Assembly (NCBI GenBank): GCA_050872785.1
Contig: JBNMHO010000004.1
Coordinates: forward strand, 15,432-79,431
Source: Clostridia bacterium
GTDB lineage: Bacteria; Bacillota; Clostridia; Christensenellales; UBA1242
Length of the DNA stretch: 64,000 nt
Direction: 5' to 3'
Under the pieces are notes generated by a model. It did no database searches. It worked only from the letters and a program-made list of their open reading frames with translations, and was not told where the DNA came from. How positions within the stretch are numbered: position 1 is the stretch's first letter; every line of letters begins with the position of its first letter. This document shows positions 55,513-64,000 of this stretch, in pieces. The translations under genes were made by a program, and so were the position numbers.

Positions 55513-56412
55513 TCACTCCAAAATGCCATCCACAAATGAAGTTGGGTCAAAAATTTCAAGGTCGTCAATTCCCTCCCCAACGCCAACAAAATACACTGGA
55601 ACTTTTATTTCTTCTTGAATTGGGAAAACAATTCCACCACGGCTTGTGCCGTCAAGTTTTGTAAGAACTATGCCGTCAATGCCAACTGCGTCTTTGAATG
55701 ATTGAACTTGGACAAGAGAGTTTTGACCAATGGTTGCGTCAAGAACAATAAAGTTGAGTTTCATTGCATCTGGAAATTCTCTATTCTCAATTCTCGAAAT
55801 TTTTTTAAGTTCTTCCATTAGGTTGACCTTTGTGTGCAGTCTGCCCGCTGTGTCAACAATAAGGACATCCGTCTTTTTTGCCTTTGCACTTGCAATGCCG
55901 TCATATACAACGGCAGAAGGGTCTGCCCCTTCGCTGTGCTTAATAATCTTAACACCGGCTCTGTTTGACCATTCGTTAAGTTGTTCGGCAGCAGCGGCTC
56001 TGAAAGTATCTCCCGCCACAAGCGATACACTTTTGCCTTGTTTTTTGAAGAAATTGGCAAGTTTTCCTATGGTTGTAGTTTTCCCAACGCCATTTACACC
56101 AACAATAGTGATTATAAGTGGATATTCAAACTTCTGTGGCTGTGTTTCAAGCAAAATTTCTTTCAAAATTGCCTTAAGTTCCACCCTTGCTTGCTCTTGT
56201 TTTACAATATGCTTTTCTCGAAGTCTATTTTTGAGCGAGGAAATAATTTTTTCTGTTGTTTCCACACCCATATCTGAACTTACAAGTGCAAACTCAAGTT
56301 CGTCATAAAAATCTGTGTTTATATCTCCACCACGAAAAACACTGTTGAGTTTTGTGATAAGAGCGTCTTTTGTCTTTTTAAGTCCGTTTTTAATTTTGGA
56401 GAAAAATCCCAT
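55513..56412 (-). CDS. ftsY: Signal recognition particle receptor FtsY
   Basis: MGFFSKIKNGLKKTKD..., GVNGVGKTTTIGKLA, DTAGRLH, TKLDGTSRGG. I prefer the internal ATG 56412. Confidence 0.94.
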   Translation of the reverse strand: MGFFSKIKNGLKKTKDALITKLNSVFRGGDINTDFYDELEFALVSSDMGVETTEKIISSLKNRLREKHIVKQEQARVELKAILKEILLETQPQKFEYPLIITIVGVNGVGKTTTIGKLANFFKKQGKSVSLVAGDTFRAAAAEQLNEWSNRAGVKIIKHSEGADPSAVVYDGIASAKAKKTDVLIVDTAGRLHTKVNLMEELKKISRIENREFPDAMKLNFIVLDATIGQNSLVQVQSFKDAVGIDGIVLTKLDGTSRGGIVFPIQEEIKVPVYFVGVGEGIDDLEIFDPTSFVDGILE

Positions 56413-56484
56413 GTTATGCTTGTCCTTTTTTTGTCGAATTTTGTCATTTTGGCTAAAATGCAAGAGGAAAAGTCCCCTTGCACA

Positions 56485-59400
56485 TTAAGCTGTTTTATCT
56501 GTTTTGATATTTTGTTCTTCGGAAGAATTTTTGATTGCGTCTTCAAGTTTGACAGAAACAATCTTGCTGACGCCCCTTTCTTCCATTGTCACACCATAAA
56601 GCGAGTCTGCGAGCATCATAGTTGGCTTTCTGTGTGTGATGACGATAAATTGAGTTTCTTTAGAGAAGTTTTTAAGATATTGAGCAAATCTTGAAACGTT
56701 GCTGTCGTCAAGAGCAGCCTCAATTTCGTCAAGCAAGCAGAAAGGCATTGGTCTTAGTCTTAATATCGCAAACAAAATTGCAATGGCTGTAAGAGCCTTT
56801 TCGCCACCACTTAAAAGGGTTATGCTTTGAAGTTTCTTCCCTGGTGGTTCTGCAACAATTTCCACACCCGCTTGAAGTGGGTCTTCGCTTTCTGTAAGTT
56901 CAAGTCTTGCATTGCCGCCGCCAAATAGTTCTCTAAATGACTTTGAGAAGTTGGCTTGAATCTTTGCGAATTCTGCGTCAAATCTTGTTATCATTTCTTC
57001 TGACAAGTCTTTGATAATCTTTTGCAAGTCTTCTTTTGCTGTGGTCAAGTCTTGTGCTTGAGCAGACAGTTCTTCATATCTTGTCATAAGTTCTTTGCAA
57101 TCTTCAATGGCATTGACGTTTATGTATCCAAGCTTTGAAATTTCTTTTTTAAGTCTTGAAATCTCAATAAGCCCTTGTTTTAGGTCAAAATTTTCCACTT
57201 TAAGTGGCAAGCATGAAGCATAAGTGAGTTCATAATCTTCAAAAATCTTTTCTTGCATTGCTTCAATATCTGTGTCCACTTTTGCAAGAGCGTTTGTTTG
57301 TTGATATTTCTTTTCTTGCACAAGGCTAATTTCGGTCATAAGTCTTGCTTTGTCTTCGTCAAGTTTTCTAATTTCATATTGAAGATTTTGCTTAACTTGG
57401 TCTAGGCTTGCAAGTTTACTTTTTGCCTCATCAATCTTTGCTTTAAGTCCATCATCGTCATGGCTATCAACACTTGTATCCACCATTTCTTGAGCAAGTT
57501 CCACACTTTCTTCAATTTTTGCAATGTTTGAAGAAATGTCTGTTATGTTGAAGTTTGCCCTATTTATGTATTCGTCAAGCCTTGAAATTTCAGTTGAAAT
57601 GTTAGAAATTTCATTTTCAAGCGTTGTTTTTTCAATTTTAAGTTCGGTTATTGTGTTTTGAAGTTCATCACGCTTCAAGCGGAGTTGATTGAACAATTTT
57701 TGATTATTCTCAATTTGCTCCGAGCCAGCGATATTCATATCGACATCGCCCTCAACGCTGGCAAGAGCCTTTGTAATAACTTCAATTTTGGTTGCAAAAT
57801 CAATCTTTTCTTGGCTGAGCGCAATTCGCTCTTTATTAAGTTCGTCAACAAAAACAGATAGTTGCTCCAAGTTTTGTGCTTGTTTTGCACTTTCCACTTG
57901 CGAAACAACAAGTCTTGATTGCAAGTCTTCGTCAATCTTTGTAAGTTTTGCAAGCTCTGCTTCAAGGGTTGTCTTGAGGTTTTTAAATTCCTCAAAATTC
58001 TTTGAAAGTTTGTCAATTTGAACGGTTAAGTTCTCAATTTCGTTATCTCTTGTTAAGAGGTTTGATGTAACAGCCTTTTTGCTGCCACCAGACATAGAAC
58101 CTTGAGTGCTTACAACATCGCCGTCAAGAGTAACTATTTTGAAAGTGAAATTGGCTTGTCTTGCAAGCGAAACTGCTGTGTCTATTGTATCAACAACAAC
58201 TGTTCGTCCAAGCAAACTTTCAAACACTGCCTTCAAACTTGAATCAAATTTCACAACGCTTGACGCAACGCCATATGTTTTGTTTTTGGCAACAATATTT
58301 TTTTCACTGTCACTCAAAAGTCTAACTTTCATAGCGGTTATTGGCAAGAAAGTTGCTCTTCCGTAGTTGTTGCGTTTTAAATAGTTAATAAGATATTTTG
58401 CGTCTTCTTCGTTTTTTGTAATAACATCTTGCACTGCCCCGCCAAGTGCCACTTCTATTGCCGTTTCAAAGCCTTTTGGAATGGTCATTGCAGAAGCGAC
58501 AATATCCACAATTTTGCTCTTAAGTTCTGCCTTGCTCTTTGCGTCTTGCATAAGTCTTTTGACAGAATAGTTAAAGCCGTCATAGTCCCTTTGCATATCT
58601 TCAAGAACTTTCTTTCTGTTTTGCAAAATTTGAATGTTTGAAGTGCTTTGGGCAAGTCTTTCGTTGTTTTCTTTTATTCTGTTTTGAACGGTTTGAAGTT
58701 GCTCTCTTGCTCTCTGTGCTTGAGAGGTTAGTTTTTCGTGAATATCTTGTGCGTTTCTTGAAATTTCTGTTGCTTGAGATAACGCATTTTCTTTTTCTTT
58801 AATTCTTGTTTGCAAGGAGTAAATTCTGCTGTCTAGGTCGGAAATATTGCTTTGATAGGCCTCTTTTTGAGCATTAAGAGCGGATATGTTTGACTTAATG
58901 TCCGTCATTTTAGACAATTCGTCAATCATTTCCTTTTGCTTCTTTGTTGCTTCGTCTTCTGCCCCAGTCAATTCGTCAACAATTTTAAGATATTGTTCTG
59001 TTATGTCGTCAAGTTTGTATGAAAGAGTCCTAAGTCTTGCTTCCTTCACTTCCTTTTCTTGCTCATTCACTTCAACAAGTCTAACAGAGTTATCTCTGTT
59101 TAATGTTTCTTTTGCCAAGTCTTCCTTTAATGACGACATTTCGTCAAGCAAAAATTTAAGTCTTTCTCTCACGACATTTGCTTCGCCCGTCTTCTTTTCT
59201 AGTTCCACAGTGTGAGCAAGAATTTTGTCGTTGAGTTCTTGCAAAGTCTTGTCAATATTTGACACTTCACCCATTTTTGCGTCATAGTCACTGTTCATTT
59301 TGTCAAGTGAAGATTGTTTTGACGCAAGTTCTTCCTCAAAGCCGTCAATTTTTGTTTGAATGGCTTGCTTTGTGTCGCTTGCGCTTTCATATTGATTTAC

Positions 59401-60090
59401 ATAAACATTGACTTCATATGTCTTGAGTTCATCTTTGTATCCAAGATAAAGTTTAGCGTTTTCTGCTTGTTTTTTAAGAGGTCCCAGTTGTCTTTCTTGC
59501 TCTTGCAAAACGTCAAGCGCTCTGTTCAAGTTGTCTTGCGTTCTATCCAGTTTTCTTTCCGCTTCAATTTTGCGTTGTTTAAATTTTGCAATGCCCGCTG
59601 CTTCTTCAAAAATTGCACGTCTGTTTTCTGGCTTTGCACTGATAATTTCTTCAACTTTGCCTTGTCCAATGATTGAATATCCCTCTTTGCCTATGCCCGA
59701 ATCGTGAAGAGCATTGACTATGTCTTTCATTCTGCAAGGGGTGCCGTTTATTAAATATTCACTTTCGCCCGAGCGATAAAGTTTTCTTGTAAAAGCCACT
59801 TCATCAAAGTTTAAGTCAAACATTCGTGATGAGTTGTCAAAAAACAAAGACACTTCGCAATAAGACATGCTCTTTCTTTTTTCTGTGCCATTAAAAATAA
59901 CTTCTTGCATGTTGCTGCTACGCAAGAGTTTTGTGCTTTGCTCACCAAGCACCCACCTTATGGCGTCTGATACATTAGATTTCCCGCATCCGTTTGGCCC
60001 GACAATTCCCGTTATCCCCGCATCAAACTTAATTTCAAGTTTGTCGGCAAACGATTTAAAGCCCACCAGTTCAATTTTCTTAAAGTTCAT
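56485..60090 (-). CDS. smc: Chromosome segregation protein SMC
   Basis: 1201 aa: GPNGCGKSN Walker A, long coiled coils around a hinge, C-terminal LSGGEKALTAIA and LLDEIEAALD. Confidence 0.96.
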   Translation of the reverse strand: MNFKKIELVGFKSFADKLEIKFDAGITGIVGPNGCGKSNVSDAIRWVLGEQSTKLLRSSNMQEVIFNGTEKRKSMSYCEVSLFFDNSSRMFDLNFDEVAFTRKLYRSGESEYLINGTPCRMKDIVNALHDSGIGKEGYSIIGQGKVEEIISAKPENRRAIFEEAAGIAKFKQRKIEAERKLDRTQDNLNRALDVLQEQERQLGPLKKQAENAKLYLGYKDELKTYEVNVYVNQYESASDTKQAIQTKIDGFEEELASKQSSLDKMNSDYDAKMGEVSNIDKTLQELNDKILAHTVELEKKTGEANVVRERLKFLLDEMSSLKEDLAKETLNRDNSVRLVEVNEQEKEVKEARLRTLSYKLDDITEQYLKIVDELTGAEDEATKKQKEMIDELSKMTDIKSNISALNAQKEAYQSNISDLDSRIYSLQTRIKEKENALSQATEISRNAQDIHEKLTSQAQRAREQLQTVQNRIKENNERLAQSTSNIQILQNRKKVLEDMQRDYDGFNYSVKRLMQDAKSKAELKSKIVDIVASAMTIPKGFETAIEVALGGAVQDVITKNEEDAKYLINYLKRNNYGRATFLPITAMKVRLLSDSEKNIVAKNKTYGVASSVVKFDSSLKAVFESLLGRTVVVDTIDTAVSLARQANFTFKIVTLDGDVVSTQGSMSGGSKKAVTSNLLTRDNEIENLTVQIDKLSKNFEEFKNLKTTLEAELAKLTKIDEDLQSRLVVSQVESAKQAQNLEQLSVFVDELNKERIALSQEKIDFATKIEVITKALASVEGDVDMNIAGSEQIENNQKLFNQLRLKRDELQNTITELKIEKTTLENEISNISTEISRLDEYINRANFNITDISSNIAKIEESVELAQEMVDTSVDSHDDDGLKAKIDEAKSKLASLDQVKQNLQYEIRKLDEDKARLMTEISLVQEKKYQQTNALAKVDTDIEAMQEKIFEDYELTYASCLPLKVENFDLKQGLIEISRLKKEISKLGYINVNAIEDCKELMTRYEELSAQAQDLTTAKEDLQKIIKDLSEEMITRFDAEFAKIQANFSKSFRELFGGGNARLELTESEDPLQAGVEIVAEPPGKKLQSITLLSGGEKALTAIAILFAILRLRPMPFCLLDEIEAALDDSNVSRFAQYLKNFSKETQFIVITHRKPTMMLADSLYGVTMEERGVSKIVSVKLEDAIKNSSEEQNIKTDKTA

Positions 60091-60155
60091 TATGTTTCCT
60101 TTTTAATACTCTTGGCAAAAGGCATATTTTATACACCCTTTGCCAAAAGGATATT

Positions 60156-60854
60156 TTATGAATGTTTCCCCTCAACAAGCAAAAGTCTTAGCATTTCTTT
60201 GTTTTCAAGCGCCCGCTTTGCACAGTCCATCTGAGCATGTTTCTTGCTTTCTGCCGAACTCCTTGCCACAAACACATCGTTTATGTATGCTTCTGCACAA
60301 AATACACCGGGGTTGTTTGGCATGGCATATGTGAAGTACACCAAATTTGCACCTTTCACTTTTTGCACCTCTTCTTGAAGCATTGTTTTGTAGTCAAAGT
60401 CCTTTGTTTTGCACGCTTTTGCAACGTCTATAAATCTTAACACAAAACGCTTTGCCTTTTCAAGACTGCTATCTGTGTAAATTGCCCCGACCAAACTTTC
60501 AAACAAGTTTTCCTTTATGCTTCTTGCAATTTCTTGCCCCGCAAGGCTTCTTCCCACTTGCAAAAACTGGTCTAGTTTTTCGCTTTCAATAATATTTGCA
60601 AGAGCATCACCATTGACAAGTTTTGCACGAAGTTTTGTCATTTTGCCTTCTTCAATGTTAAAGTTTGAATACAACTCGCTTGCAATGACAAAGTCCAAAA
60701 TCGAATCTCCCAAAAATTCAAGACGCTCGTTGCTTTGTGTGTGGTGTTCGTTTGCGTAAGATGAATGAGTGAAAGCGGTGTTCAAGATTTGCTTATTTTT
60801 GAATGAATAATGAATTATTTTCTCAATTTTCTTGATGTCCGCATCAGTCATCAA
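60156..60854 (-). CDS. rnc: Ribonuclease III
   Basis: ERLEFLGDSILDF signature plus a C-terminal dsRBD. Confidence 0.94.
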   Translation of the reverse strand: MMTDADIKKIEKIIHYSFKNKQILNTAFTHSSYANEHHTQSNERLEFLGDSILDFVIASELYSNFNIEEGKMTKLRAKLVNGDALANIIESEKLDQFLQVGRSLAGQEIARSIKENLFESLVGAIYTDSSLEKAKRFVLRFIDVAKACKTKDFDYKTMLQEEVQKVKGANLVYFTYAMPNNPGVFCAEAYINDVFVARSSAESKKHAQMDCAKRALENKEMLRLLLVEGKHS

Positions 60855-61860
60855 TTTTCACCTCCAAGCCTTCAACTTGCTCTTTAATTTTTTCGCAAAG
60901 CCCTTGCTCTGCCAAAGTCTTCACTTGGAATATTGCCTTTTCAAACGCCAAAGCATCACTTGCCCCGTGACCTTTAACAACCAGTTTCTTAACCCCCAAA
61001 AGCATTGCTCCGCCATGTGCATTTGCATTAAACCTAGATTTAAGTCTTTTGAAAGCACCTTTCATAAAAAGTGCCCCAACTTTCGACCAGAAAGATTGTT
61101 TAATATTCTTTTTAAGTTCTCCCAAAGCAAAACTTGTCGCACCTTCTGTGGCTTTCAAAAGGATATTGCCATAGAAGCCGTCAGTTACAACTATGTCATA
61201 TTTTCCGCTCAAAAAGTCCCTTGCTTCCATATTGCCCACAAAGTTAATTGGCATTTGCTTTAGAAGTTTAAAACACTCATGGCAAAATTCATTTCCCTTT
61301 TTGTCTTCTGTGCCAATGTTTAGTAGTGCGACTTTTGGGTTTTCAATTCCAAGATAAGTTTTTGCATAACTTGACGCCATAATTGCAAAGTGGCAGATAT
61401 TTATTGGCTTGCAATCGACATTTGCTCCCGAATCTACAAGCAAAACTTTTTTGCCGTCTTTTGCTGGGATAATTGGGCAAAGTGCTGGGCGGGAAATCCC
61501 CTTTATTCTTCCAATTTTAAGAAAAGCCCCCGTAAGAACAGCCCCCGTTGAGCCGCATGACACAAGCCCCACAACATCATCATTGTGTCTTAGTTCGTCA
61601 AAGGCCCTAACAAGACTGGAATTTGTTTTTGTTTTCACCGCTTCAGTTGGTGACTCATTGTTTGAAATGACATCATCGGCAGGCAAAATTTCAATTCGCT
61701 CCTTGTCATAGGTTTGGCTTGCAAGAAGTCCCTCTAATTCGTCCTTTTTGCCAGATAGAACAATGTTTAGGTCTTTATCCTTGTTTGTGGCATTGCAAGC
61801 ACCTTGCACTGCGACCTTTGCACCCAAGTCATTTCCATAACAATCAACAACAATTTTCAT
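60844..61860 (-). CDS. plsX: Phosphate acyltransferase PlsX
   Basis: MKIVVDCYGNDLG, VSCGSTGA, DGFYGNILLK. ATG 61860 follows GGAGAG. Confidence 0.93.
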   Translation of the reverse strand: MKIVVDCYGNDLGAKVAVQGACNATNKDKDLNIVLSGKKDELEGLLASQTYDKERIEILPADDVISNNESPTEAVKTKTNSSLVRAFDELRHNDDVVGLVSCGSTGAVLTGAFLKIGRIKGISRPALCPIIPAKDGKKVLLVDSGANVDCKPINICHFAIMASSYAKTYLGIENPKVALLNIGTEDKKGNEFCHECFKLLKQMPINFVGNMEARDFLSGKYDIVVTDGFYGNILLKATEGATSFALGELKKNIKQSFWSKVGALFMKGAFKRLKSRFNANAHGGAMLLGVKKLVVKGHGASDALAFEKAIFQVKTLAEQGLCEKIKEQVEGLEVKIDD

Positions 61861-61910
61861 ATTTCTCTCCATTTTTACATAACATTATAGCAACTTTTTT
61901 CTCAAATACA

Positions 61911-61945
61911 AACAAAAATAGCAACATAATTTTCGTTTATGTTGC
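61911..61945 (-). terminator. Rho-independent terminator after the aspartate kinase gene
   Basis: Minus strand GCAACATAA-ACGAAAA-TTATGTTGC followed by TATTTTTG. Confidence 0.7.
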
Positions 61946-61980
61946 CATTTCTTTCCTTTTTTTTAATAAATGAGCGTTAT

Positions 61981-63285
61981 TCAGTCGTTGCAAAACAGAT
62001 TTTTATGCAAAGTTTTCAGCACTCGTTCAAAGTCTTTTTGCGGGAAGCCAAATATAACAGACAACCCTTGAGTGCTTTTGTTTAGCATATAAATTTTTGT
62101 GCCAAGCGAGTAAATTTCATCAAAAACTTTTCTTTCCGTCTTTCTATCAAAAGTTGCTCCAACAACGCTTACAAGTGCCACATTGTGCGTAATTCTTACA
62201 CTGTCTGGCGACAAGACAAGTGAAACCTCCCTAACAATCTCCGCCAAAATTTCATCGCTTAGCCCCACTTCTCTTGCCACAACGGAAATATTGTCAATGC
62301 CAGTTGGAACATGCTCCATAGGCGCTCCATGCTTTGCGAAAATGCTTGACACTTCAGACAACTTTCCTAAGGACGAATTTATATTAAACTTTTCAAATGA
62401 AACAATGCAAAATCCTTTTTGCCCCGCAATTCCTGTAAGTTTTTTTTGTTTACATTTTGGCATAATAAAACTTCCTTTACAGGCAGGGTTGAAGGTGTTT
62501 CTTAAATTTAGGACAATGTTGTTTTCTCGCAAAAATCTTGTGCAATCGGGGTGAAGAACATTTGCCCCAGCATAACTTAATTCCCTTAGTTCTGCATAAC
62601 TAATTTTGCCAATAAGTTTTGGATTTTTTGAAAACCTTGGGTCACACTCCAGAAAGCCATCGACATCAGTCCAGTTTTCATAAACTTTTGCCCCACACAG
62701 CACCGAAACAACAGCCCCCGTTATATCTGACCCACCACGAGAGAAAACTTTGACATTTCCCTTTGCGTCTGCCCCATAAAAGCCGGGGATAATATATTTG
62801 TCAGTTTTATTCGTCTTGGAGATGAACTTCATTTTTGATGTTTCAAGGTCAACTTTTCCATTGTCTGCAAAAGTTATAAAGTCCTTTGCATCTAAAAATT
62901 TATATCCCAAATATTTGCTAACAATTTTTGCCGAGAAATATTCCCCACGGCTTGCCACATAGTCTAGTGTCGCACCAGATTTTATCTCGTTATAAAATGT
63001 GTCTAACATTGCTTTAATGTCAAGGCGAGTGCCAAGAGTCAAATCAAGTTCAACCATTCGTTTTGCAAAAAAGTCAAATTCCTTATCAAAATTTTCGTTA
63101 TTTTTTGCTTTGTTTTGACACAAAATCAATGTGTCTGTTATCTTTATATCTTGCTTATTCCTTTTGCCGGGGGCGGAAACAACAACAAATCTAGCACTGC
63201 TTACGCTTACAATTTTTGCCACTTGCAAAACACTTTTTGCGTCTGCAAGTGATGAGCCTCCAAATTTACAAACCAATTCCTTCAT
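61981..63285 (-). CDS. Aspartate kinase
   Basis: 434 aa: KFGGSSLA N-terminus, FSRGGSDITGA, C-terminal ACT-like region. Adjacent to dapB. Confidence 0.9.
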   Translation of the reverse strand: MKELVCKFGGSSLADAKSVLQVAKIVSVSSARFVVVSAPGKRNKQDIKITDTLILCQNKAKNNENFDKEFDFFAKRMVELDLTLGTRLDIKAMLDTFYNEIKSGATLDYVASRGEYFSAKIVSKYLGYKFLDAKDFITFADNGKVDLETSKMKFISKTNKTDKYIIPGFYGADAKGNVKVFSRGGSDITGAVVSVLCGAKVYENWTDVDGFLECDPRFSKNPKLIGKISYAELRELSYAGANVLHPDCTRFLRENNIVLNLRNTFNPACKGSFIMPKCKQKKLTGIAGQKGFCIVSFEKFNINSSLGKLSEVSSIFAKHGAPMEHVPTGIDNISVVAREVGLSDEILAEIVREVSLVLSPDSVRITHNVALVSVVGATFDRKTERKVFDEIYSLGTKIYMLNKSTQGLSVIFGFPQKDFERVLKTLHKNLFCND

Positions 63286-63335
63286 TTTTCCTACCTATAC
63301 ATCATTGTATTAAAATGTTTCGAAAAAGGTTTTTT

Positions 63336-64000
63336 TTATTTATACATATCCTCCATGTCATACATTCCGCACTTCTTCCCATGCACGAACAACGCCGCTT
63401 TCATTGCCCCCTCTGCAAAAACACTTTTTGAAAAAGCAACATGTGAAATTTCAACACTTTGACTATCGTTTGCAAACAAAACCTTGTGCGTGCCACAAAA
63501 GCCTCCCGCCCTAATGCTGTGCAATCCTACTTCGTCACTTCCCCTTGTGCCATAGATATGTCTTCCAAGGTTTGCAGTTATGTGTGGTCTATATCTTTTT
63601 ATCTTGTCAAGAAGCATAATTGCAGTGCCACTTGGGAGGTCAACCTTTGCTGAGTGATGAGTTTCCAAAATTTCAATATCCCAGCCAGCAAGAATTTTTG
63701 TTGCAAGTTCCACAAGTTTGCCCATTGCAAAGACACCTTCACTCATGTTACTTGACCAAAAGACAGGAACAGTTTTTGACAAATCTTCAAGACGCTTTCT
63801 TTCACTTGCTCCAAAACCAGTCGTGCCGACAACAAGAGCAGTCCCCGTTTTCTTACAAAATTCCACCACTTGTTCTAAGGCTTTTGGGTGAGAAAAATCT
63901 ATAACGACATCACACTTCACATCATCAAAATTTGTCACAAGTTTTATATTCTCAAAATTGCATGGAAAAGTCTGTAGCCGTTCCTTTGTGTCCACGCCGA
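63336..64000 (-). CDS. dapB: 4-hydroxy-tetrahydrodipicolinate reductase, 3' part (the gene's 5' end lies beyond the right window edge)
   Basis: EILETHHSAKVDLPSGTA matches the DapB signature E.HH..K.DAPSGTA. The NAD-binding N-terminus is missing, so the Met at 63995 is not the true start. Confidence 0.9.
   Translation of the reverse strand, partial: GVDTKERLQTFPCNFENIKLVTNFDDVKCDVVIDFSHPKALEQVVEFCKKTGTALVVGTTGFGASERKRLEDLSKTVPVFWSSNMSEGVFAMGKLVELATKILAGWDIEILETHHSAKVDLPSGTAIMLLDKIKRYRPHITANLGRHIYGTRGSDEVGLHSIRAGGFCGTHKVLFANDSQSVEISHVAFSKSVFAEGAMKAALFVHGKKCGMYDMEDMYK

Noticed and set aside
63286-63335. Looked for a lysine (L-box) riboswitch upstream of the aspartate kinase gene, and for a T-box upstream of lysS (34645-34670).
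   Set aside because: The spacers are only 50 and 26 nt, too short for either element. The genes appear co-transcribed with their upstream neighbours.
63336-63995. The Met at 63995 as the start of dapB.
   Set aside because: The translated product lacks the N-terminal NAD(P)-binding GxxGxxG region of DapB, and the frame is still open at the window edge. The gene is truncated by the window.

Overview
64-kb chromosomal window from a low-GC Gram-positive-type bacterium. Gene content and order look like Bacillota/Clostridia; the species cannot be named from sequence alone. There are about 60 protein genes, nearly all on the minus strand, plus one tRNA. I found no rRNA and no CRISPR array.

Core genes, left to right:
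- thrS (partial, no TGS domain, with a Thr-specific T-box leader), a ytxC-like gene, rplM-rpsI, truA.
- Pyruvate:ferredoxin oxidoreductase, the only large plus-strand core gene.
- A 1646-aa papain-like peptidase/adhesin that follows a nine-gene V-type ATPase operon with no terminator in between. The operon has Enterococcus hirae ntp gene order and a Na+-type proteolipid signature.
- Two unknowns (a TPR-like protein and a degenerate PepD-like protein), then yceD-rpmF and tRNA-Leu(CAG).
- lysS, a DUF1292 gene, ruvX, tsf-rpsB, nifU-nifS.
- The rplS / yraN-rnhB-rbgA-trmD-rimM-khpA-rpsP / ffh-ylxM cluster.
- A DUF285 surface protein, trxA, hslUV, trmFO, topA, dprA, comM, ftsY, smc, rnc, plsX, aspartate kinase and dapB (partial).

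Most interesting region: a roughly 7-kb AT-rich island at 26.14-33.16 kb.
- It sits inside the bidirectional terminator between tRNA-Leu and lysS and is flanked by a 15-nt direct repeat.
- It carries two regulator-linked cargo pairs: XRE with a LITAF-like zinc-ribbon protein and a DUF2085 protein, and TetR with DegV.
- Its mobility module is a sigma-70-like gene, a small ORF, a two-tyrosine HUH (phiX174-type) Rep and a large serine recombinase. No relaxase, T4SS or capsid genes are present.
- It also contains several large palindromes that look like origin or att structures.

Second point of interest: the 516-bp gene-free region upstream of the DUF285 surface-protein gene. It holds two tandem 48-bp hairpin modules and a G9/C9 homopolymer tract inside a 32-codon ORF.

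All calls come from reading the supplied translations and the sequence by eye. No database search was possible, so family assignments rest on recognised motifs.
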